Positions 21,394 through 32,896 of a DNA stretch of 64,000 bases are shown here, piece after piece. The stretch's first letter is position 1; every line of letters starts with the position of its first letter. A program made the position numbers and the translations under genes. The stretch is from an uncultured Actinomycetes bacterium. Its GTDB lineage: Bacteria > Actinomycetota > Thermoleophilia > RBG-16-64-13. The stretch covers positions 159,047 to 223,046 of the forward strand of contig CAVVEI010000014.1 of the NCBI GenBank assembly GCA_963747275.1. The letters are read 5' to 3'. The notes beneath the pieces were generated by a model. It did no database searches. It was not told the origin of the DNA and saw nothing but the letters and a program-made list of their open reading frames with translations.

Positions 21394-23319
21394 AGGAACA
21401 CCACCACCGTCACTATGACGAAGAGCCCGATGAACATGCCCAGCAGGTAGTTCTGCACCCGCCCGGTCTGCAGCGGCCGCACGGTCCGGCCGGCCCACTG
21501 CCACAGCGCGGCCGTGCCGTTGACGGCGCCGTCGATGACCTTCTCGTCGAACTGGCGCCACACCCAACGCGAGCCGTCCACGGCCGCGCGCACGACGGTG
21601 GCGCCGTAGAACTCGTCCACGTAGAACTTGTTGTAGACCACCTTGTAGAGCGGCCGCACCTTGGCCGCCACCGCGGCGGGCAGGTCGGTGCGCCACACGT
21701 ACATCACCCAGGCCAGGGCGATGCCGGCCATGGCCACCAGCAGCGACACCGCCATGAGCACGTAGTCCACCGCACCCACGTGGTGCTCGTGCAGCCCCAA
21801 GCACCTGGTTCGCGGGCTCGAACACCGGCTCCAGAAAGGTCTGGATGACCCCCAGCCTGCCCGGCAGGCCCAAGAAGCCCGCCAAGAGAGCGCCCAGCGC
21901 CAGCACGAACAGCGGCACGATCATCGTCCAGGGGCTCTCGTGCACGTGCTCTCCGGTCTTGGCGTCCACGCGGCACTTACCGAAGAAGGTCAAGAAGATC
22001 AGGCGGAAGGTGTAGAAGGCCGTGATGAAGGCCGCGATCAGGCCGACCACCCAGAACACGTACTTGCCGTCCCGCCAGACCGAGCCCAGGATCTCGTCCT
22101 TCGACCAGAACCCGGCGAAGGGGACGATGCCCGAGAGCGCCAAGGCGCCGGCCATGAGAGTCAGGTAGGTGGCGGGGATGCGGTGCCAGAGGCCGCCCAT
22201 CTTGTCCATGTCCTGCTCCCCGCCCAGCGAGTGGATCACCGAACCGGCCCCCAGGAACAAGAGGGCCTTGAAGAAGGCGTGCGTGACCAGATGGAAGATG
22301 GCGACCGCCCACGCCCCCACCCCCAGGGCCATGAACATGTAGCCCAGCTGGGAGACGGTGGAGTAGGCCAGCACCTTCTTGATGTCCTTCTGACAGATGC
22401 CGATGACGGCCGCGAAGATGGCGGTGAAGGTGCCGATGGCTCCCACCACCAAGAGCGCGGTGGTCGACTGCGCGAAGATCACGGCGCTGCGCGCCACCAG
22501 GTAGACACCGGCGGTGACCATGGTGGCGGCGTGGATGAGGGCCGACACCGGGGTGGGGCCCTCCATGGCGTCGGGCAGCCACACGTGCAGCGGGAACTGG
22601 GCCGACTTGCCCATGGCGCCCATGAACAGCAGCAGTGCGATGGCCATCAGCGTGCCCCCTCCGGTCCCCGCCGCACCGGCCGTGCCCACCTGCTCGAACA
22701 CGCCGACGTAGTCCAGGGTGCCGAAGGTGACGAAGATGAGCATCACGCCCAGGCCGAAGCCGAAGTCGCCCACCCGGTTGACTATGAAGGCCTTCTTGCC
22801 CGCGGCCGCCGCTTCGGGCTTGTGATAGAAGAAGCCGATGAGGTAGTAGGAGCAGAGACCCACGGCCTCCCAGCCGAAGTAGAGCAGCAGGTAGTTGCCG
22901 GCCAGCACCAGGGTGAGCATGCTGAAGGCGAACAGGCTCATGTAGGCGAAGAAGCGGTAGTAGCCGCCGTCGCCGCGCATGTAGCCCGCCGAGTAGATGA
23001 AGATCAGCAGGCCGATGCCGGTGACCACCAGCAGCATGACCGCCGAGAGCTGGTCGAGCTGCAGCGAGATGGGCACCTCGAAGCTCCCCACCGAGAACCA
23101 GCGCCACAGCTCTACCACCACCGGCTCTTCCATGCCCCGCGTCTCGAGGAACGCCACGACGGAGAGCCCGAACGAGCCGGCCATGGCCAAGATGGGCAGC
23201 CAGTGCGAGGCCCCCTTGATCCACCACTTGCCCAAGAGCAGCGTGACCACGAAGGCCACCAGCGGCAGCAGCGGTATGAGCCAGATGTAGTCGGTCACGC
23301 TCACCTCGGTTCCGAACAC
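21390..23319 (-). CDS. nuoL: NADH-quinone oxidoreductase subunit L (one frameshift near 21810)
   Basis: MFGTEVSVTDYIWLIPLLPL... is proton-pumping antiporter-like. The C-terminus (HEHHVGAVDYVLMAV...VTVVVFL*) is in ORF 21390-21800. Confidence 0.8.
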
Positions 23320-23646
23320 CTAGCCTTTCATCCTGTCGAAGAGGTCGACCATGAGCGTCCGCCGGTTGCGCAGGAGCGCGGTGGCGATGGCCAGGCCGAC
23401 CGCGGCCTCGGCGGCAGCGATGGCCATGACGAAGAGCACGAAGTGCTGCCCCGCCAGGTCCTCGTGAAAGCGGGCGAAGCCCACCAGGTTGATGTTGACC
23501 GCGTTCAGCATCAGCTCCAGCGAGAACAGCATGATGAAGAGGTTGCGCCTGATGAGCATGCCGGCCGCACCCACCATGAAGAGGGCGGCCGACAGATACA
23601 GATACCAGTCGACGGGTATGGCCATGTCGGCAGGGGTAGCGCCCAT
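23320..23646 (-). CDS. nuoK: NADH-quinone oxidoreductase subunit K
   Basis: MGATPADMAIPVDWYLYLSAALFMVGAAGMLIRRNLFIMLFSLELMLNAVN. RBS GGAGGT 9 nt upstream of the ATG, lying inside the end of nuoJ. Confidence 0.8.
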   Translation of the reverse strand: MGATPADMAIPVDWYLYLSAALFMVGAAGMLIRRNLFIMLFSLELMLNAVNINLVGFARFHEDLAGQHFVLFVMAIAAAEAAVGLAIATALLRNRRTLMVDLFDRMKG

Positions 23647-23651
23647 CGCGG

Positions 23652-24236
<585 letters not shown>

Positions 24237-24240
<4 letters not shown>

Positions 24241-24789
24241 CGGCGCGGCCTCCGCTTCGCGGGCCGGCAGCGCGCCGGCGGCCTCGAGCGGCCCGGGCCG
24301 ACGGCCTCGGCGGGCGCGGCGGCAGTCGGCCTCCGCGTACGCCTCCTTGCGCACGTACACCTGGTTGGCCACCAACTTCTCCTTGGTGAGGGCGAAGTCG
24401 GTCTTGTCGTAGGTGGCCAGCTCGTAGTGCCTGGTCATGACGATGGCAGCCTCAGGGCAGACCTCCTCGCAGAGTCCGCAGAAGAGGCAGCGCGACAGGT
24501 CGAGGTCGAAGGTGGCCGGGCGGCTGCGCCCCTGGGGGGTCTGCTCGCCCACGATGCTGATGCACTGCGACGGGCAGATGGTGGCGCACAGCATGCAGGC
24601 CACGCACTTGACCTCGCCGGTCTCCGGGTCGGTGAGCAGCGCCTGCACCCCGCGAAAGCGCGGGTAGGTGCGCAGCTTCTCCTTGGGATACTCCACCGTC
24701 ACCTTGTCGACCACGAAGTAGGTGCCGGTGACCGACATGCCCTCGCAGGATGTCGACGAAGGCGCCCTTCTTGATGATGTCCAGCATGC

Positions 24790-24793
<4 letters not shown>
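24237..24793 (-). CDS. nuoI: NADH-quinone oxidoreductase subunit I (2x[4Fe-4S]), frameshifts near 24740 and the C-terminus
   Basis: MSMLDIIKKGAFVDILRG then (shift) VTGTYFVV...CVACMLCATICP...CLFCGLCEEVCP. Confidence 0.75.
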
Positions 24794-25830
<1,037 letters not shown>

Positions 25831-25834
<4 letters not shown>

Positions 25835-27115
25835 CGGTCACAGTCTCCCAGCACGACGTCGACGCTGGCGAAGATGGCCACCATGTCGGAGATCGTCTCG
25901 CCCTCCACCAGGGCCGGCACCGCCTGGCGTGGTAGAAGCTGGGGTTGCTGAAACGCACGCGGGCGGGCTTCGCGCCGCCCTCCGACCTTATGTACACGCC
26001 CATCTCGCCCTTGGGCACCTCGATGGCGCGGTACACCTCGCCCTTGGGCGCCGAGGGACCGTGGAACACGTGGTAGAAGTCGCGGATCATGGCCGCCGGG
26101 TCGCGCAGCACGTTCGGCCTTCGCCGGCAGCGTGTGGGCCACGTCGTTGGCCACGAACGGCCCGTCGGGCAGCTCGTCCAGGCACTGGCGGATGATCTTG
26201 CACGACTCGCGGATCTCTTTCATGCGCACCAGGAAGCGGTCGTACACGTCGGCGTTGTACTCCACCGCCACCTCGAAGTCGACCTCGTCGTAGGCCGCAT
26301 AGGGCTCGTCCTTGCGCAGGTCGCGCGCCACGCCGGCCGCGCGCAGCGGCGGGCCGGTGACCCGCCAGGCGTGGCAGTCCTCGGAGGTGAAGATGCCCAC
26401 GCCCTTGGCGCGCTTGTGGTAGATGCGGTTGTTCTTGACTATCCGCTCGTACTCGGCCACCCGCTTGGGCAGGAAGTCTATGACCTTGCGGCAGCGGTTG
26501 TCGAAGCCGTCGGGCAGGTCTTTGGCCACCCCGCCTATGCGGGCGAACGAGTGGGTCAGCCGGGCACCGGTGAGCATCTCCAAGAGGTCGAGCACGTATT
26601 CGCGGTCGCGGAAGCAGATGCAGAAGAAGGTCTGCGTGCCCAGGTCCATGATGTGCACGCCCAACCACAGGATGTGGTTGGCCAGCCGGCAGAGCTCGTG
26701 GGTGATGGTGCGCAGGTAGCGCGCGCGGGCCGGCACCTCGACGCCCATGAGCTTCTCCGCCGCTTCGCAGAAGGCGTGGTTCATGGCGAAGCCGGCGATG
26801 TAGTCCAGGCGGTCGGTCAGCGGGATCATCTGGTGATAGGTGAGCTGTCTCGCAGAGCTTCTCCACACCGCGGTGCAGGTTGCCTATCTCGGGCCGCACG
26901 GCCACGATCACCTCGCCGTCCAGATCGAGCTCGGCCCTGAACACCCCGTGGGTGGAGGGATGCTGCGGGCCCATGCTTATGGTCAGCAGGTCGCCGCGGC
27001 GGCGCAGCCGCTGGCGGCTGGCGGCCTTGCGCTCTTTGAGCTCCTTGAGGGTGGGGGGCAGCGGCGCGGCGGCGGCGCGCCGCGCGCCGGCCTTCGTGCT
27101 CGGTGCGGCGCTCAT
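25831..27115 (-). CDS. nuoD: NADH-quinone oxidoreductase subunit D (49 kDa; at least two frameshifts)
   Basis: ATG at 27115 with a [32 protein letters not shown], ...[13 protein letters not shown]..., [17 protein letters not shown] in ORF 25767-26111. In this assembly's frame the N-terminus is read through from nuoC. A TGA in the +1 frame overlaps the ATG (ATGA), so separate genes with a homopolymer indel are more likely than a NuoCD fusion. Confidence 0.7.
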
Positions 27116-27655
27116 ATCTTGCCTCGCAGGCTCGGTGCGTACCCGACCGCCCACAGTGCCCTGCACGGGGAAGTCCTTGCGCAGCGGAAAGCCCTCGAAG
27201 TCATCGGTGGTAAGCAGGCGGCGCAGGTACGGATGCCCCTCGAACTCTATGCCGAACATCTCCCAGGTCTCGCGCTCGTCGAAGCCGGCCGACGACCAGA
27301 GCGCGGTCACCGTGCCCAGCTTCTCTCCTTCGGCGAGAGCGGTGCGCACCCGCAGGCGATGGCCGTGAGTCACAGAGACCAGGTGCGCGACCACTTGCAG
27401 GGGCGCCGCCGTCCGCTCCGGCAGGTGGTCGCCCAGGAGCGAGTCCAGTCGGTCGCAGGCCAACTCGGGCATCTGCCTGCAGGCGCCCAGCACCTCGGTC
27501 CAATCGCCAGGGGCCACCACGTAGGTGAGTTCGCCGCGCCACTCGATGCGCTCCAGCAGCCGCTTGCCAAAGCGCTTCTCAAGCGCCTTGGCACCCGCGG
27601 CCAAGCTGGCGGGTAGCGCGGCGTCGGCGCGGGCCGTGGTGGGCGCGTCGCTCAT
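27112..27655 (-). CDS. nuoC: NADH-quinone oxidoreductase subunit C (30 kDa)
   Basis: [20 protein letters not shown]...[35 protein letters not shown]. Confidence 0.75.
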
Positions 27656-28335
27656 ATCCAGGTCTCAGCAGCAGACGCGGCGTCGGAGTCGGCGGCCACA
27701 GCCTCGGTCGCGTCTGCGGGGGCGGCCACAGCGGCTTCTTCGGCCGCCAACAGGTCGCGCGCGGGGATGCGGCGCAACCCGTCGTAGGCGTGCTTGCTCT
27801 GCTTCACCCGGTCGCGGATCATCTCCAGACCCTGCCAAAGCGCCTCGGGCCGGGGCGGACAACCGGGCACGTACACGTCCACCGGTATGAGGGTGTCTAT
27901 GCCCTGCACTACGTTATAGGTGTTCCAGACGTTGCCCGAGATGGCGCAGGAGCCCATGGCCACCACCCACTTGGGGTCGGGTATCTGCTCATACAGCCTG
28001 ACCACCCGCGGAGCCATCTTCGCGGTGCACCAACCAGCCACTATCATGCCGTCGGCCTGCCGCGGCGAAGCCCGCATAGCCTCCATGCCGAAGCGCGCCA
28101 GGTCGAAGCGCGAGCCCCCCAGTGCCATCATCTCTATGGCGCAACAGGCCAAGCCGAACAGCAGGGGCCAGAACGAGAAGCTGCGGCCGAAGCCGAGCAC
28201 TCGCTCGATCTGCACAGGCAGAGCGAAGCCGCCGGGCAGCCTCACCGGGCCGCCCATGGTCTCTTCGGGGGCCTCTTCCTCAGACGCCGGGCGCGCGAAC
28301 GAGCCGGGCAGCAGGAGTGAGGGGCGTTCGATCAT
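27652..28335 (-). CDS. nuoB: NADH-quinone oxidoreductase subunit B (20 kDa, N2 cluster)
   Basis: Start at MIERPS. The longer ORF overlaps nuo[34 protein letters not shown] motifs. ATGA overlap with the nuoA stop. Confidence 0.8.
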   Translation of the reverse strand: MIERPSLLLPGSFARPASEEEAPEETMGGPVRLPGGFALPVQIERVLGFGRSFSFWPLLFGLACCAIEMMALGGSRFDLARFGMEAMRASPRQADGMIVAGWCTAKMAPRVVRLYEQIPDPKWVVAMGSCAISGNVWNTYNVVQGIDTLIPVDVYVPGCPPRPEALWQGLEMIRDRVKQSKHAYDGLRRIPARDLLAAEEAAVAAPADATEAVAADSDAASAAETWI

Positions 28336-28700
28336 TCCCACTCGAACACGCCCTTCTTCCAGGCGTAGATATAGCCGACCAGGAGTATCACCATGAAGAA
28401 GAACATCTCGGCCAGAGCGATGGTGCCCAAGGAGCGCAGAGCCACCGCCCACGGATATATGAAGACGGCCTCAAGATCGAACAGCACAAACAGTACGGCC
28501 ACCAGATAGTAGTGCACGTTGAACGGCGCCCGGGCGTCGCCTTGGGCAGCACTCCGCACTCGTAGGGCAGGCCCTTGTTGGGGTTGGTGCTCTTGGGCGA
28601 GAGCAGATGCGAGATGGCTATGAACGCTATCGCCATCGCGGACCCCGATGGCGAGCATTATCCCGAATTGGATAAACAGATCGACGGTTGGGTGAAGCAA
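28332..28700 (-). CDS. nuoA: NADH-quinone oxidoreductase subunit A (two frameshifts near 28520-28640)
   Basis: [28 protein letters not shown] in frame 28388-28636. The C-terminus [26 protein letters not shown]... is in frame 28332-28700. Confidence 0.7.
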   Translation of the reverse strand: MLHPTVDLFIQFGIMLAIGVRDGDSVHSHLASALAQEHQPQQGPALRVRSAAQGDARAPFNVHYYLVAVLFVLFDLEAVFIYPWAVALRSLGTIALAEMFFFMVILLVGYIYAWKKGVFEWE

Positions 28701-28901
28701 ACGAACACCTCGCAGCGAAAAGCGCTGGATTACCGCAAGGTCGCCGGCTGACCCGTCTGCGGTAAGGTTGACGATAACAAATACCGACCCGCGCGCGCAA
28801 CGCGCCCGATTGACCCGTGCGGCTGGTATATACTCGGTTTCGAGCCGGCCGGAGCCGGCCCTAGAGACGCGCGCACCTCCCGAAGGACGGGGACGCTACT
28901 G

Positions 28902-29657
28902 GTGGCCAAGGACACTTCTAAGACCATGCCGCTGGCCGGACACTTGGGCGAACTGCGGCGTCGCATAATCTACAGCTCCATCGTGCTGGTGGCGTTCGTG
29001 ATCGCCGCCTTCGTGCTCAAGGACTACGTGTTCGCCGCGCTGCTGCGCCCCCTCCAGAACACCGAGATAGACAAGCTCACCACTCTGGGCGTCACCGAGG
29101 CCTTTATGCAGGTGTTGAAAGTCTCCTTGTACGCCGGACTGTTTGCTGCCTCCCCGTTCATCCTCTATCAGTTCTGGGCCTTCATCATGCCGGCCCTGCA
29201 CTCGCACGAGCGGCGTCATGTGTTCTTGTACACGGTCTTCACCACGGTGCTCTTCATGGGCGGCGCCGTGTTTGCCTACTTCGTGGTGCTGCCGGTGGGG
29301 CTCAAGTTCCTGATAGGTTACGGGGGCGAGGCGTTCGACCAGATGCTGCAGGCCGAGCGCTATCTGTCGTTCGTATCCACGTTTCTACTGGTCTTCGGCT
29401 CTGTCTTCGAGCTGCCCCTCGTCATGCTGCTCTTAGCCTGGGCACGCATAGCAGACCACAACAAGATGAGACGGGTGCGCAAGTACGCCGTGGTGGTGGA
29501 GGCGATCGTCGCTGCGGTGTTCACCCCCAGTCAGGACCCGCTGAGCATGATGCTGATGCTCCTGCCGCTCATGTTCCTCTACGAAGTGGGCATCTGGCTG
29601 GCTCGGCTCGCGTCCAAGAGACGCTCGCGAGGGAAGAAGTTGCCCAACCCTGCTTGA
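28902..29657 (+). CDS. tatC: Twin-arginine translocase subunit TatC
   Basis: HLGELRRRIIYSSIVLVAFVIAAF..., six TM segments, typical TatC length. GTG at 28902 or ATG at 28926 (MPLAGH). Confidence 0.8.
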   Translation: MAKDTSKTMPLAGHLGELRRRIIYSSIVLVAFVIAAFVLKDYVFAALLRPLQNTEIDKLTTLGVTEAFMQVLKVSLYAGLFAASPFILYQFWAFIMPALHSHERRHVFLYTVFTTVLFMGGAVFAYFVVLPVGLKFLIGYGGEAFDQMLQAERYLSFVSTFLLVFGSVFELPLVMLLLAWARIADHNKMRRVRKYAVVVEAIVAAVFTPSQDPLSMMLMLLPLMFLYEVGIWLARLASKRRSRGKKLPNPA

Positions 29658-29676
29658 TGGTGTTACCATCTTACCT

Positions 29677-31299
29677 ATGGACGACGAAGACAAGCGCTCC
29701 GGTCGCGAAGAGCCCATCGTGCGGCCTGAAAGCAGGCTGCGGCCGATAACTCCCTCGACCGTCTCCGACCAGGTGGCGGAGCAGCTGCGCAACCTAGTCA
29801 ATACCGGCGAGTACAAGCCCGGTGACCGCATCCCCTCCGAGCGCGAGTTGGCCCTCCGGCTGGGCGTGGGACGCCCGGCAGTCCGCGAAGCCCTGCGCGA
29901 ACTCAAGGCGCAGGGGCTCTTGGTGTCAGGCCGCGGCGCCCAAGGCACCACTGTGGCCAGCATGCCCTCTCCCAACTTCGCCGAGCCTATGGCCGGCCTG
30001 CTGGGCCAAGGGGCCGAGCGCATCATCGAGCTGATGGAGGTCCGCAGCGCCGTGGAGATCGAGGCGGCCGGCCTTGCCGCCCGCCGCGCGACGCTCGAAG
30101 ACCTGCACCGCCTCTCGGTGCTGGTGGCCACTGCCGGCGAGGTGCTGACCCCCGACGAGGACGTGGCCTTTCACGCAGCCATCGCCGACGCCACCCACAA
30201 CCCGCTCTTCGAACGGGTGATCCAGGAGCCGGTCGGCCTGCTGCACGACCACATGGCCGCCATCCTGGACGCCTACTACAGTGAGCCCGGCGGCGCCGTA
30301 GCCCTGCAGCAGCAGCACGAGGCCATCCGGCAAGCCATCAGGTCGGGCGACGAAGCCAAGGCCCGGCACGCCATGCGCCGCCACCTGGACCACGTGGCGC
30401 GGGGGCTGGCCCAGATCGTAGGCGCCGGCCGCGTGATACGGCTGGTGTTCATAGACCTCGACGGCACCCTGCTCTCTGGTCCGCGCCTGATCTCCGACCG
30501 AGCCCGGCGCACCATCAGCAGCGTCCGCGAGGGCGGGGTAGAGGTGGTGCTGGTATCGTCACGGCCCCCGCGCGACATCCGCCCCTTTCATCAGCAACTG
30601 CAACTCCACACTCCGCTCATCTCCTGCGGCGGCGCACTGCTCTGGAACGAGCAGGCCCGCGGCGGTCTCTCCCACACCCCGGTGGACCCCAACCTCGCCA
30701 CCGAGGTAGTCGCGCTGGGCCGCCAACTGGGCGCCGTAGCCAACCTGGAGAGCGACGACGAGTGGTTCACCGACCGCCTCAGCAATCTGGAGCGCGACGG
30801 CTTGGTCGATTACGAGATCTCCGACCCCCATGGCATCGGGACCGTGGACGAGGTGATACGTTCTGGCGAGCCTATCGACAAGATCTTTCTTGATCTTCGC
30901 GAACTCGAAGACGACAAGGCCGGTTTTGCCGTGGCCTCGGTCAAACGCTCCTTCGGGCGGCAGGCCAACATCTACGAGAACGTCCCTGGAGTACTCGACA
31001 TCTTCTCTCCCGATGCCTCCAAGGTCGCCATGGCGCAGCAGCTGGCCCGGCGCATGCAGGTGCCCGCCGAGCAGACCATGGCCATAGGCGATCACGACAG
31101 CGACGCCACCCTGCTGCAGTGGGCCGGCATCGGAGTGGCCATGGGCAACGCCACCCCGGCCGCCAAAGCGGCGGCCGACGTGGTCACCTCGTCGAACCAG
31201 AGGGACGGCGTCGCCGAGGCCCTGGAGCAGTACCTGCTAGGACGCGGCACCCCTGGCGCCCGGGCGAACGTGCCCAGGCCCAGTCTGATAGCCGACTGA
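29677..31299 (+). CDS. GntR(FCD)-family regulator fused in frame to a Cof-type HAD-IIB phosphatase domain (540 aa; fusion may be an assembly artefact)
   Basis: HTH (ELALRLGVGRPAVREALRELKAQGLLVSGRG), FCD helical domain up to ~aa 250, then IRLVFIDLDGTLL (HAD motif I)...GDHDSD (motif IV). A GTG at 30433 is in frame and a TGA at 30434 is in the +1 frame, both right at the domain junction. A G5 run at 30401-30405 is a possible indel site. Confidence 0.6.
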   Translation: MDDEDKRSGREEPIVRPESRLRPITPSTVSDQVAEQLRNLVNTGEYKPGDRIPSERELALRLGVGRPAVREALRELKAQGLLVSGRGAQGTTVASMPSPNFAEPMAGLLGQGAERIIELMEVRSAVEIEAAGLAARRATLEDLHRLSVLVATAGEVLTPDEDVAFHAAIADATHNPLFERVIQEPVGLLHDHMAAILDAYYSEPGGAVALQQQHEAIRQAIRSGDEAKARHAMRRHLDHVARGLAQIVGAGRVIRLVFIDLDGTLLSGPRLISDRARRTISSVREGGVEVVLVSSRPPRDIRPFHQQLQLHTPLISCGGALLWNEQARGGLSHTPVDPNLATEVVALGRQLGAVANLESDDEWFTDRLSNLERDGLVDYEISDPHGIGTVDEVIRSGEPIDKIFLDLRELEDDKAGFAVASVKRSFGRQANIYENVPGVLDIFSPDASKVAMAQQLARRMQVPAEQTMAIGDHDSDATLLQWAGIGVAMGNATPAAKAAADVVTSSNQRDGVAEALEQYLLGRGTPGARANVPRPSLIAD

Positions 31300-31343
31300 C
31301 GGCGCGGCGCGGACGCGGAGCGGGCGGCCCCGACGCGCGAGAC

Positions 31344-31682
31344 CTACGCGCGCAGCCCCAGGTAGGCACTCAGGGCCAGCATGGCCAACACCAGCGCGCT
31401 CATGGCACAGAAACCCCAGGCCTTGCGCCGCGCGAATCCGACCGCGAGGGCTATCACCCGGGCCACAGGCGTGGCGAGCAGCACCACCAGACCGAGATCC
31501 AAGAAGCCACCCGGTTCGAGCGCCGCGATAGCCCTGGGTATGTCGGCCACGCTTGTCGAGCCGGCGGGGGACGGCCCCCGGCCGGCCACCACCATCACCA
31601 CCCCGGTGAGCAGCAAGACCACGGACAACGCCAAGCCCCCCAGCAGCACCCGCGAGATGATGAGGTTGAGCGACTTCTTCAT
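31344..31682 (-). CDS. DUF1634 small membrane protein
   Basis: 112 aa, MKKSLNLIISRVLLGGLALSVVLLLTG.... ATGA overlap with the upstream DUF81 gene. This pair is commonly conserved. Confidence 0.6.
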   Translation of the reverse strand: MKKSLNLIISRVLLGGLALSVVLLLTGVVMVVAGRGPSPAGSTSVADIPRAIAALEPGGFLDLGLVVLLATPVARVIALAVGFARRKAWGFCAMSALVLAMLALSAYLGLRA

Positions 31683-32509
31683 CGCACGCTTATCCCGGCA
31701 GCGGCGAGTATCATCTGGACGGCCAAGGCAAAGAGCACCACGGCCAGTATCACCGTGAGCACCGAACTCTTGACCCGCTGGGCGAACCTCGAGCCCAGAT
31801 AAGCCCCCACTATCACGCCCAGCACCACCGGGACCGTGACCACCGGGTCGACGAAGCCACGGGCCATGTAGACCAGGGCGCTGGTACACGCCGTCACCCC
31901 GATCATGAAGCTGCTGGTCGAGACCGCCGCCCGCACCGGCACCCGCATCGCCAGCACCATCACGGGCACCTTCATGAAGCCGCCTCCCACCCCCAGCAGA
32001 CCGGAGACTACGCCCGCCACCAACGAGGCCCCCATGCCCACCGGCAGCCGCCGTACCCTGTAGGTGACGGTCTCGTCCAGACACCGGTCGTGGTAGCTGG
32101 CACCGAGTACCCCCGGGTCGTCGACCGCCTCCGCGGCGCCCTGGCCCGTGCGCGACCGCACAAGCAGGTAGACCGACACCCCCACCATAACCGCCCCGAA
32201 CACCGCCGAGAGCACCTCCCGGCTCAGGATCGCGCCCACCAGTCCACCCGCCAGAGCACCGGCCACCGTCATCGTCTCGAGGGTTATGCCCAGCCGCACG
32301 TTGGTGAGGTCGTCGCGCAGATAGGCCACCGCGGCTGTGGTCGAGGTTGCCACTACGGCCAGGAGGCTGGCGGCGATGGCTTGATGGATGGGCACGCCCA
32401 AGAACAGCGCCATGGCCGGGATGATGAACACCCCTCCGCCGAGCCCGACCATGGAGCCGAAGGCTCCCCCGACGAATCCGACGACTACGAGCAGGATGAC
32501 TTGGGTCAT
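31679..32509 (-). CDS. TauE/SafE (DUF81) family anion exporter-like membrane protein
   Basis: Two internal repeats with GxGGG motifs (VGLGGGVFIIPAM... and LGVGGGFMKVPVMVLAM), eight predicted TM helices. Confidence 0.7.
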   Translation of the reverse strand: MTQVILLVVVGFVGGAFGSMVGLGGGVFIIPAMALFLGVPIHQAIAASLLAVVATSTTAAVAYLRDDLTNVRLGITLETMTVAGALAGGLVGAILSREVLSAVFGAVMVGVSVYLLVRSRTGQGAAEAVDDPGVLGASYHDRCLDETVTYRVRRLPVGMGASLVAGVVSGLLGVGGGFMKVPVMVLAMRVPVRAAVSTSSFMIGVTACTSALVYMARGFVDPVVTVPVVLGVIVGAYLGSRFAQRVKSSVLTVILAVVLFALAVQMILAAAGISVR

Positions 32510-32896
32510 GGGCGTGAGGCTACCACAGGGGGAATCAACCTGACCGTCGGCCGCCTACCCCCAGCCGCATCTCTCGAGAATGGCGCCCGCCACGGAAGGG
32601 TCGGGCGACGAAGGTCGCGGGGGAGGGGCGGGGCCTTGCGACAGAGCCCTTGACTTCGAGCGACCGCTCGAGACTTGCCTGGAGGAGCCACACTTATCTT
32701 GAAGGGAAAGTGTCCAAAGAACTTGACGCGGGACACCTCAACTGGCAGCTTCACCTGTGCACCGCTGACGTCGATGATTCCTTTGGCCCACGCTACCAGA
32801 GGGGGGGTCAAGCTGCCTTCTCCCTCAGCCGGGTTTCCGCCTAGCGCAGTATCATATGCCCTGTACGTTGGCGCTTCGAAGACGGGGGTGCGAGTC

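Noticed and set aside
31683-32084. N-terminal 130-aa extension of the DUF1634 ORF (31344-32084)
   Set aside because: Gly/Arg-rich junk that overlaps the bona fide DUF81 gene on the same strand in another frame. The real start is the MKKSLN methionine with ATGA coupling
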